In this document: piece after piece, positions 57,337-64,000 of the stretch
Numbering within the stretch: position 1 is the stretch's first letter
How the letters are laid out: each line of letters starts with the position of its first letter
NCBI GenBank assembly: GCA_963773675.1
Contig: CAVZCG010000016.1
Location: forward strand, 232,745 to 296,744
Length of the DNA: 64,000 bases
Direction of reading: 5' to 3'
From: an uncultured Acidobacteriaceae bacterium
GTDB lineage: Bacteria > Acidobacteriota > Terriglobia > Terriglobales > Acidobacteriaceae
Position numbers and translations under genes: made by a program
Notes under the pieces: generated by a model
What the model was told of the DNA's origin: nothing
Databases searched by the model: none
Seen by the model: only the letters and a program-made list of their open reading frames with translations

Positions 57337-58212
57337 CTAGGAGAAGTCCCAGTTATTCCACATTCCATCCTCGTTGAACGATGTTTCGTCGTTGAGGATG
57401 CTATTGATTAGTCCATCCGTGCCGCGGGCGAGGAAGCGTTCGTATTCCAAGGAGACGAGTTGGTCACGGTAGCGCGGGAAGAGACGCAGATTCAAAGCAT
57501 CGTTGGATCTCAATCCCGCTTCAAAATCCATTAAACGATTGAAGAGCGCGCAATCCTTGCACCCTGTGGCACCCTTCGCAGGACGAGGGGACTCCCAGAC
57601 CTTCTTCATTTCAACGAGGCACTTGGCAAAACGCGGGTAATCCAGTTCGACTTCCGTTGCACGGAAATTGAATGGAACTGTAATCCCAGTGTCTGTCATA
57701 TGAGAAAGGGGGTCTGTCTTGAAGAACTCATGTTGAATCTCACAGAAAATAAGGCCAGCGCTCCCAACCTCACCGATCTCCACAGCTTCAGTGACCCAAC
57801 TGTATCCAATCAGCTGGATGTGATATTGCGGATGAAATTTCGCGCCACCACCATCGGCCCGCGCGGTCTTCAGGTCTATCAGCGCAATGGTTTCGTCCTT
57901 GTTGTAAAGCATCATGTCCGGCCGTGCGGTTACAAGAACACCTGTCTCGTGCATCGCTTCCATGCTGAAAGGAAATGTCACCGGTTCGGTGCAATTGGAG
58001 AAAAGGCCGAAGCCCTTCGGCAGGTGTTTATGCTTCTGAAGGTAGGTAAGGATGAAGGCTTTTTCAACGGCCTCCAGGTAGAACATCACTCCGGGCATGC
58101 CCATTTGGAACGGCAGCTTCTTCAGGCGCAAGAGATACCAGGCGCAGCGTGGACAGTATGTTTCTAACTCAACCTGGCCCGCGTTGCGGGCACTGAGTTT
58201 TAGTGTGGCCAT
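57337..58212 (-). CDS. PD-(D/E)XK nuclease, Cas4/RecB-like
   Basis: Motifs RPDMMLY (D), ALIDLKT (D/ExK) and YHIQLIGY (QxxxY). Cys pairs at both ends (CPRC near the N-terminus, CKDC near the C-terminus) are compatible with an Fe-S or Zn site. Confidence 0.65.
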   Translation of the reverse strand: MATLKLSARNAGQVELETYCPRCAWYLLRLKKLPFQMGMPGVMFYLEAVEKAFILTYLQKHKHLPKGFGLFSNCTEPVTFPFSMEAMHETGVLVTARPDMMLYNKDETIALIDLKTARADGGGAKFHPQYHIQLIGYSWVTEAVEIGEVGSAGLIFCEIQHEFFKTDPLSHMTDTGITVPFNFRATEVELDYPRFAKCLVEMKKVWESPRPAKGATGCKDCALFNRLMDFEAGLRSNDALNLRLFPRYRDQLVSLEYERFLARGTDGLINSILNDETSFNEDGMWNNWDFS

Positions 58213-58455
58213 CGATTCACCTCAGTTAGGACGTTAAGTTGCACGAGACGCAGAAAAGTCAAAGGAGGGAGCTTGAACATAAGGACAGAAACCCGAGACC
58301 GGCCTGGCACTCGGGCATTTAATTTCAATGCTGGTCATGGCGAAGATTCTTCATGTTGGGTGATTGCTGACGTGTGGTTCGAACCGCTTTTATCGGAATG
58401 GTGAAGCAGCAGCAGGAAAGTTTGGAGACCAGCGATTTTTTCCGCCTTCTGTTTG

Positions 58456-58473
58456 TGGGTAGTATAGGGTTCT
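58456..58473. repeat. 18-bp direct repeat, left copy
   Basis: TGGGTAGTATAGGGTTCT, identical to 61213-61230. It lies 31 bp beyond the 3' end of the 297-aa recombinase gene. Confidence 0.9.
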
Positions 58474-58504
58474 TTAGGACCTTCCCCGGGACGCTAAAAG
58501 CTTT

Positions 58505-59398
58505 TTAGTCATTGATCAGCTCCATAGCTGCAAAGTAGTCCGCGGAGAGTTTCTGCCGTTTGATTTTGAAATATCCCTGGGTGGTATTAAATGAGGCGTG
58601 CCCCATCAGGTCCTTCAATGTGATCGAGGGTAAACCTGCATTTGCCAATCTGGTTGCATACGTGTGCCGTAAAGAATGTATATGGACAGGCGGGAGCCCT
58701 AGGCGCTTGCACCAGCGTTCCAGGATGTATTGGATCTCGCGGCGGCTCACTCTCATTCCACGATTGGAGATGAACAAAGCATTGCAGCTGTCTTGTCTTG
58801 TACGAAGGTAGTCACCCAGAACCTGGAGTGTAGGTAGATCCGTCAGAAACGCGCGCTCTTTATTTCCTTTGCCAATGACAGAACCAGAACCAAGGACGCG
58901 AACACTACCATCCGGTTGCTGCTTTCGCTCGACGTTTATTGAGTCCCGGTTCAATTGATGCAGTTCAGCAAGGCGCAGCCCTGTGGTAACGATGAGCGTG
59001 ATGATTGCCTTATCACGAAGGTTGGCGATGCCAGAAAGCAGGCGCTCTAGAGGTTCGTCTTCGATTCCCTTGGGATCGGCCCGGCGGCGACGAGGACGCG
59101 CGACAGCCCTCACCGGGTTACGCACTCTGCCATCGGTTTGCACTCTCAGAAACTCATAGTAGCTCGACAACGTGGCGAGCTTCCGCCAGATGGTGCTTGG
59201 GCTGAGCTTCTCTGCGTCTGTTCTCGATCCCAATTCCCGGACATACTCCTGGATCAACTGTGGCCGAGCCGCAGTGGCTCGCACATGCCGCTCCCGGAGA
59301 AACGCTTCGAAATCGGAAAGGTCAGACTTATAGGCGTTGACGGTATTGGCCGAATAACCTCTAGCTGCGATGTAATCAAGAAACTCTTTGGTATTCAT
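58505..59398 (-). CDS. tyrosine recombinase (XerC/D-like)
   Basis: SAM-like N-domain (YSANTVNAYKSDLSDFEAFL), TGLRLAELHQL (Arg I), HSLRHTYAT (H-x-x-R), LMGHASFNTTQGYF (His/Tyr). Confidence 0.9.
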   Translation of the reverse strand: MNTKEFLDYIAARGYSANTVNAYKSDLSDFEAFLRERHVRATAARPQLIQEYVRELGSRTDAEKLSPSTIWRKLATLSSYYEFLRVQTDGRVRNPVRAVARPRRRRADPKGIEDEPLERLLSGIANLRDKAIITLIVTTGLRLAELHQLNRDSINVERKQQPDGSVRVLGSGSVIGKGNKERAFLTDLPTLQVLGDYLRTRQDSCNALFISNRGMRVSRREIQYILERWCKRLGLPPVHIHSLRHTYATRLANAGLPSITLKDLMGHASFNTTQGYFKIKRQKLSADYFAAMELIND

Positions 59399-59529
59399 AG
59401 TGGATCGTTCCTTGTGTTGAAGGCGGACGTGGGAGGAATTGGCTTCGGAGGGTAGGTACTGGTCTGTAATCTGCCTGTTTTGTGCACCGTGGACGAATTG
59501 CGCATAAACGCTCTTATGTGCAATTCCGG

Positions 59530-60951
59530 CTAGGCCGCAGAATCGAGAGGCTTTGTTGAAGGAGTGGAATTCTTCCTGGCAAATTCCTCCAGGGACTGCG
59601 TGATTGTGCCACCCTCGTCAGCCGATTCCTTGATGCGCTGCATCGCGCGATCGAAGTCACGCCGGATTGTGCCCTTTTGCAGCCTCACGTATTTTTGCAT
59701 CGAGTCAAAACTCTTCCATCCGCCAACGGCCATGATGGTTGAAACGTCCGCTCCGGCATTGGCTAACGAACTGGCAGCCGTGTGGCGCATACGATGGTAG
59801 CTAAATTTCTCCAGACCGAATTCGTGGGCGTGATGCCTCGATTTCTTGCAAAGGATCGTGTTGAATTTGTCTTGAAGCTGCATGACTCTCACGGGTCTCT
59901 TGAGGCTGTTGTAGAACAGTCCGTCGTGACCGCAGGTGGGATCGCGCTCGGCCAGCCACTCTTCCAGGTAGCTTCGGGTTTTTTCCGCAAATGGAACCCA
60001 CCGCTCAGTCTCCGTCTTGTTTGGCAAACGGATAAAGAGCTGTTGCCCTTTGAGATCGACGTCTTGCAGACGCAGCCGTGCCAGCTCACCGATCCGCACT
60101 CCCGATTCTTGTCCGATAGCGATGGCCAGCTTCGCTTGAGTATCGCCCCGATCCTCTAAGACCCTCCAGATCAGAGCCAGATCATCTTGGGAGTAAGGAC
60201 GAGCTGTGTGCTTGCCGCACGTTTGCTTGTGAAAACCCGCGATTATGGGATTCGACCTAGAGCGACGGCCCTCGACGATCATCCAATTGAAGAAAATCAC
60301 GAGGAAGCGGACTGCCCGGTTGGGGGTAGATCCCCGTGCGTTCGACCAAGCAATGAACCTGGTAATCAGTTTCGGGTCAACCCTGTTGAGGGATCGAACC
60401 CTCTGAGCGTTAAGGTACTCGAAAAACAGGAGCAAATCGCAACGAACAGCCCGAATGCTGGCAGGTTTGTAATGTCCCGGGCAAAACGTCGACAGATATT
60501 CGTTCAGGATTGCGAGGAATCGCCCGGCGCGCGCGATCATATTTTGGGTTCTGAGATGCTGACCAAAGTGATCCTGACCGCAGTAAGTAGGTTTTTCCGC
60601 ACGACAAGGGGGGCGCTCGACGAGTTTGCCGCAGACGAGACAAGGCACCTCCACTGAGCCGGCGCCGCAACCAGCCTTACTTTCACATTTCTTGCTGCAG
60701 TAAAAAAAGCGGCGATTTGGATAGAAGCTACCGGCACGGGCGAACTCCGTACAGCCCTCCCGGTCGCATTTCCTTTCACCAGGTTGAACGACAATCAAAG
60801 TCCGGTCACCAGCGTGCACCGTCCGGCGGCACTCGGGATTGTCACAGGTAAAATGCTTCTTGCCTAAGTAATAGTCCATCTCTGGTAGAGGAGTGTGGCA
60901 GGCATCACACTCCTTTTCTCCAAGAGAAGCATGACGCTTACGGTTATACAT
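59530..60951 (-). CDS. tyrosine recombinase with an N-terminal Cys-rich (multi zinc-ribbon) extension
   Basis: Start ATG 60951. N-terminal CDAC...CDNPEC...CDREGC...CSKKC...CLVCG. Catalytic SGVRIGELARLRLQDVD, HRMRHTAAS, and GGWKSFDSMQKYVR (Tyr). Confidence 0.85.
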   Translation of the reverse strand: MYNRKRHASLGEKECDACHTPLPEMDYYLGKKHFTCDNPECRRTVHAGDRTLIVVQPGERKCDREGCTEFARAGSFYPNRRFFYCSKKCESKAGCGAGSVEVPCLVCGKLVERPPCRAEKPTYCGQDHFGQHLRTQNMIARAGRFLAILNEYLSTFCPGHYKPASIRAVRCDLLLFFEYLNAQRVRSLNRVDPKLITRFIAWSNARGSTPNRAVRFLVIFFNWMIVEGRRSRSNPIIAGFHKQTCGKHTARPYSQDDLALIWRVLEDRGDTQAKLAIAIGQESGVRIGELARLRLQDVDLKGQQLFIRLPNKTETERWVPFAEKTRSYLEEWLAERDPTCGHDGLFYNSLKRPVRVMQLQDKFNTILCKKSRHHAHEFGLEKFSYHRMRHTAASSLANAGADVSTIMAVGGWKSFDSMQKYVRLQKGTIRRDFDRAMQRIKESADEGGTITQSLEEFARKNSTPSTKPLDSAA

Positions 60952-61150
60952 TTTTGGTCCTTTCTTGGACTCGTTTGTAAGTTTCCACAAGTCGGACAAG
61001 GTCGCGTTCGTCGAAGCGGCGCTGATGTTCGATATGGAGATCGGGTAACTGTCCGGTGGCAACCAGGTGCTCTATTTGAGGCTCATCGAGGTTCAGAGCC
61101 TGGGCCACTTGGTCCAGAGTCAACAACTGGAGGCGGCGTGTTCGCTCCAT
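60944..61150 (-). CDS. small MerR/excisionase-type HTH protein
   Basis: MERTRRLQLLTLDQVAQALNLDEPQIEHLVATGQLP... It overlaps the start of the 474-aa recombinase gene by 8 nt. The longer ORF to 61351 would read through the 18-bp repeat. Confidence 0.55.
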   Translation of the reverse strand: MERTRRLQLLTLDQVAQALNLDEPQIEHLVATGQLPDLHIEHQRRFDERDLVRLVETYKRVQERTKNV

Positions 61151-61212
61151 CCAACCCTCCTGGGAGGGCCGCCGTGCATGCCAATAACGAGCGCACTCGG
61201 CCCTCACAAGTC

Positions 61213-61230
61213 TGGGTAGTATAGGGTTCT
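61213..61230. repeat. 18-bp direct repeat, right copy
   Basis: TGGGTAGTATAGGGTTCT, identical to 58456-58473. It lies 62 bp upstream of the HTH gene start. Confidence 0.9.
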
Positions 61231-61424
61231 GACGAAACGCAACCCTGTTGCTCTTGTTTTTCTTCGAATCTCCTTTCTCCATCCTCCCACTGACGAGGAA
61301 GAGCGAAGACCATTCGGCGTGAGGAGAAACCTCGGAGGCAGGTGAACACACCGGTGGTTTTCCCGTAGCGGTAGAGGCAGGTTGGGAGTTGGTCTGCCCT
61401 GGAGGATCTGACGGGGAAATGGGT

Positions 61425-62087
61425 CTACTGCAGTACTAGGGTTGTTGTTGAATTTTCGGAAGACTGGGGCGCGCTGTTACATCCCTCAAGATTTGTTTTC
61501 TCGGTAGCGGATCGGTAGCGTTCCGGAATCGGCTGAAACATAAGTTTGCAGAATACCCGATACGTAAGCCGAACGTCTTCGCGGCAATACTCTGCGATAC
61601 GCTGAAGGTCGTCGGCCGCCCACCAGTTCGCCACATCCGCTCCGTGTCCGGTCTTGCCGCCCACGGTCAGAAGAGTGCCGAGTTTATCGAGACCGATGAA
61701 CTTGGAGCTTCCCCAGTTACTCCAGACTTCCATCGTGTCGACGATGTCATTTGTATAAAAGCGGCGCAGATCGATCCGGCGCGACGGTCGAATCCCGAGG
61801 ATCCACGAGCGCTGTCGTATAAACGGCAAGTCAAAGCCGAAAGCGTTGTGGCCAATAAACACATCGCCGCGGTAAACAACCTCCCAGAAGCTACGAATGA
61901 TCGTAGCTTCATCGTGGTCAACGAAAGACTCCTCAAGAATCGTTTGGCCGTCATCGACCAACAGGCATACGCACACAACCCGGCCAGTGGCGGCGGACAA
62001 GGCGCCCTTGGGATCAGCCGGGTCCAGGGTGACGGTTTCAATATCTAGGAAAATGTTTCTACGGTTGCAGCTTGGGGTGATTCGCAT
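61425..62087 (-). CDS. DEDD-type 3'-5' exonuclease (RNase H-like fold, PolB-exonuclease-like)
   Basis: Start ATG 62087 after GAGGAA. Exo I FLDIETV, Exo II GHNAFGFDLPFI, Exo III HGADVANWW...YCREDV. Confidence 0.7.
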   Translation of the reverse strand: MRITPSCNRRNIFLDIETVTLDPADPKGALSAATGRVVCVCLLVDDGQTILEESFVDHDEATIIRSFWEVVYRGDVFIGHNAFGFDLPFIRQRSWILGIRPSRRIDLRRFYTNDIVDTMEVWSNWGSSKFIGLDKLGTLLTVGGKTGHGADVANWWAADDLQRIAEYCREDVRLTYRVFCKLMFQPIPERYRSATEKTNLEGCNSAPQSSENSTTTLVLQ

Positions 62088-62436
62088 TTTAAGTTCCTCG
62101 TAAACGGAAAAAGCGGCCTCGAAAGGCCGCTGGATTGACGGTGGAGTTCCAGCTTGCAAGCCGGAACAGTTCAAACACATTCGTGCTGAGAGTGAGGTCG
62201 CTGGCAAATCAGCCTAGGCGGTAGGGCACACGATCACCGCCCGGAGCGACCCAAATTTCTAACGTGGCGGGCAGGGAACGGGTGGTCAAAAGTCACTGAG
62301 AAGCGTGAGTGGAATTACAGCCTGGGACTGAACTGGCCCGGATAATATGAATTTCTATGCGGGCTGGCGGCGCTTACGCATTCTCGCGGCGCGGGTGAAG
62401 TCTTACAGATTAAGCAAGTGAGCTACGGAGAAGCGT

Positions 62437-63030
62437 ATGAGCCCAGAGGACACTTTTCATTCCTGTTCTTGCGGAGGATCAAATGAAAATTGTTACCGCT
62501 GCGCGGGGACCGGAATTTCTGGCGTAATGCCCGGGAAGCCGGGCGCACCATTGACAGCCGGGGAGGACACGCGGAAGTCAGCCTGCTACAGTCGGCCGAA
62601 TCCCGAGTTCAAATCTGTTACCGAACAAATTAATTCCATCTACTGTTCAGCCTGCAAAGCAAACTTCAACCGGTTGTACTGGAAGAAGCACTTGCGCACT
62701 GTGCATGGAACTCCGGGTCGATCGCACAGTCGGCCAGACCGTAAATCGAAAGCACCGGTCCTATACTTCTGTTCGATGTGCCGGAAAAAGTTTCGTGCGA
62801 AGGAATTCAACGAACATATGAAGCTGGTACACCGGTCACAACCGCGAGGCAGGTTGAGAGTCACCCGGCAGGAGGCGAATAGCGTCGAGGCCCAGCTCGG
62901 CAGTATCGACAACGACCGCCAGGAACGGCTTCTGGACCGCACGAAGAACTATGGCTTTCCGTGCCGGGAAAACGGTCGGTACGGGTCGCATCCGTCTCAC
63001 GACGGATTTGACGATGAATCAAAACCGTAG
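62437..63030 (+). CDS. zinc-finger protein with one CxxCxGxG motif and two C2H2-like fingers
   Basis: CYRCAGTG. Two fingers, YCSACKANFNRLYWKKHLRTVH and FCSMCRKKFRAKEFNEHMKLVH, share the spacing C-x2-C-x11-H-x4-H. Basic linkers and an acidic C-terminus. Confidence 0.55.
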   Translation: MSPEDTFHSCSCGGSNENCYRCAGTGISGVMPGKPGAPLTAGEDTRKSACYSRPNPEFKSVTEQINSIYCSACKANFNRLYWKKHLRTVHGTPGRSHSRPDRKSKAPVLYFCSMCRKKFRAKEFNEHMKLVHRSQPRGRLRVTRQEANSVEAQLGSIDNDRQERLLDRTKNYGFPCRENGRYGSHPSHDGFDDESKP

Positions 63031-63072
63031 ACCGATCGACGACCGATCGTTTGATCTGGAAAAGTTATTGTC

Positions 63073-63564
63073 TTGGAAGAAAGGTGGCTTGTCATGAAGT
63101 GGAAAGACGTAGTTCTGGCATACCCAGCGAACTGTTCCCTTGAAATTAGCGAGCGCTATGCGTTATTTCCGCAGGATGAAGACCCAGCCCCTCCTATAGC
63201 GTGGCCCCAGCAATATCCGCACAGCGACCAGAGGGGCGTATACCTCATCCTGTCGAAAGCGGAGGATCCGCTCAGTATTGGCGGTACGGAGTGCCCCTTC
63301 TACATTGGCAAGGCTTCCAAACAACGGTTGGGTAACCGACTAGGGGTGTATTTTGGAACGGATCGCAAGACTAAGGGATGTCGGATAAAGCATCCCGTTA
63401 GCGTCGGAAAAGGATGGAGTGAGCGACCCGCTTATATTGTGACTATCGCAGTCCCAGAGGACATGGGAGATGAGGCTTCAAAACTGGAAAAATACTTGAT
63501 AGACAAACTCCAGCCGAGAGACAACATCGTTGGAATATTGCGGGGTAAGAAAAAGGCAGCGTAA
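63073..63564 (+). CDS. GIY-YIG-like nuclease domain protein
   Basis: RGVYLIL (GIY-like), FYIGKAS (YIG), RLGNRL (Arg), and E in ASKLEKYLIDKLQPRDN. It begins 42 nt after the zinc-finger gene. The start may be 63094. Confidence 0.55.
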   Translation: MEERWLVMKWKDVVLAYPANCSLEISERYALFPQDEDPAPPIAWPQQYPHSDQRGVYLILSKAEDPLSIGGTECPFYIGKASKQRLGNRLGVYFGTDRKTKGCRIKHPVSVGKGWSERPAYIVTIAVPEDMGDEASKLEKYLIDKLQPRDNIVGILRGKKKAA

Positions 63565-63732
63565 CAGCGTGTCTTGGGATGTTCGCCTTTTGTCCGGGGT
63601 ATTGGGCTGACTTAGGGGGCGGGAGGGACTGAACCGAGAAAGCATATGTGAACATGCCCCTAGCAGGTTGCGGAAAAACTCGGTTCGAAGCGTTGGTAGG
63701 AACCGATTTATCCTCGGCAGCGCAGTTTCAGT

Positions 63733-63966
63733 CTATCGGAAGTTGTTGTCAACCCTTTTGTTCTCGATGACGATGCAGTAGAGCCCGCTCCAATTCCGTT
63801 GCCAACGCCAGCCTTTCTTAGTACCCGGCGCATTACTCTCGATGTAGGAAGTTGCAAGTTCAGCGGATAAAGGTTCATTACAGTGTGGGCACCGTGGTGC
63901 CGAATCCCTCCTGAAACTGCCACCGCACTCGCAAGGCTGCACGTATTGCTCCATGGCAGAACACAT
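63733..63966 (-). CDS. small zinc-ribbon hypothetical protein
   Basis: 77 aa with CECGG...CPHC. Convergent with the GIY-YIG gene. Confidence 0.35.
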   Translation of the reverse strand: MCSAMEQYVQPCECGGSFRRDSAPRCPHCNEPLSAELATSYIESNAPGTKKGWRWQRNWSGLYCIVIENKRVDNNFR

Positions 63967-64000
63967 CTCTTGTTGGCCCGGGCAGTCCGGCAGTTTCGGC

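Larger units (their letters stand above)
47556..64000. mobile_element. tRNA-Asn-adjacent genomic island (right end beyond the window)
   Basis: It starts right after the tRNA 3' end. GC is visibly lower. It carries R-M genes, four tyrosine-recombinase-type genes, excisionase-like HTH genes and several nucleases. No second copy of the tRNA 3' end was found inside the window. Confidence 0.55.

Noticed and set aside
58370-58392. tRNA-like T-loop GGTTCGAACC as a possible att or tRNA fragment.
   Set aside because: The flanking bases do not form a T-stem or acceptor stem, and they do not match the tRNA-Asn 3' end (GTAGGTTCGAATCCTACCTGAGGA).
58505-60951. Classification as a recombinase-in-trio (RIT) element.
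   Set aside because: Only two tandem recombinase genes lie inside the repeat-bounded unit, whereas RIT elements have three. It is kept only as an analogy.
60944-61351. Long 135-aa version of the HTH ORF.
   Set aside because: The N-terminal 67 codons have no motif and run across the 18-bp direct repeat. The HTH domain begins right at the internal Met (61150).

Overview
This is a high-GC bacterial chromosome segment. Gene content and the dispersed REP-like hairpin repeats suggest Acidobacteriota/Terriglobia, but that is inference from reading the sequence, not a search result.

Positions 1-42,000 are mostly ordinary core genes:
- a sigma-54 two-component module (PAS histidine kinase plus NtrC-type activator) with a GT4 glycosyltransferase
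- a CDGSH protein and a Tat-exported flavoprotein
- rhomboid, then a LON-N / Mg-chelatase-like AAA+ / VWA operon
- SDR, thioesterase, cydAB, Mrp/ApbC
- a DUF433/DUF5615 toxin-antitoxin pair with a frameshifted toxin
- hrcA-grpE-dnaJ, rsmE, a UvrD-type helicase-nuclease, thiolase, a PAS kinase, comM/yifB
- membrane pyrophosphatase, a TonB-dependent receptor, rho

Positions ~42,290-43,500 are a gene-free mosaic of REP/MITE-like modules, including about 2.5 tandem copies of a ~375-bp composite unit.

The accessory part follows:
- two paralogous zinc-ribbon + DUF4145 genes (43,698-45,169) and a prolyl oligopeptidase
- tRNA-Asn(GTT) at 47,481-47,555, followed by a visibly lower-GC island running to the window end

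The island carries:
- a translationally coupled four-gene type I R-M operon, hsdM-hsdS-X-hsdR. X (50,687-51,481) is an uncharacterised PD-(D/E)XK-like protein at the position prrC occupies in the E. coli prr locus. HsdR carries an N-terminal DUF4145 domain.
- an ASCH gene
- an integrase / truncated integrase / excisionase cluster
- a Cas4/RecB-like nuclease and a DnaQ-like exonuclease, separated by a 2.76-kb mini-element (HTH plus two tyrosine recombinases) bracketed by a perfect 18-bp direct repeat
- a C2H2-like zinc-finger gene followed by a GIY-YIG nuclease gene

The best candidates for an undescribed system are the R-M-embedded gene X, the stand-alone DUF4145 pair, and the zinc-finger/GIY-YIG pair. 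All domain calls come from motifs read by eye, with no database search.
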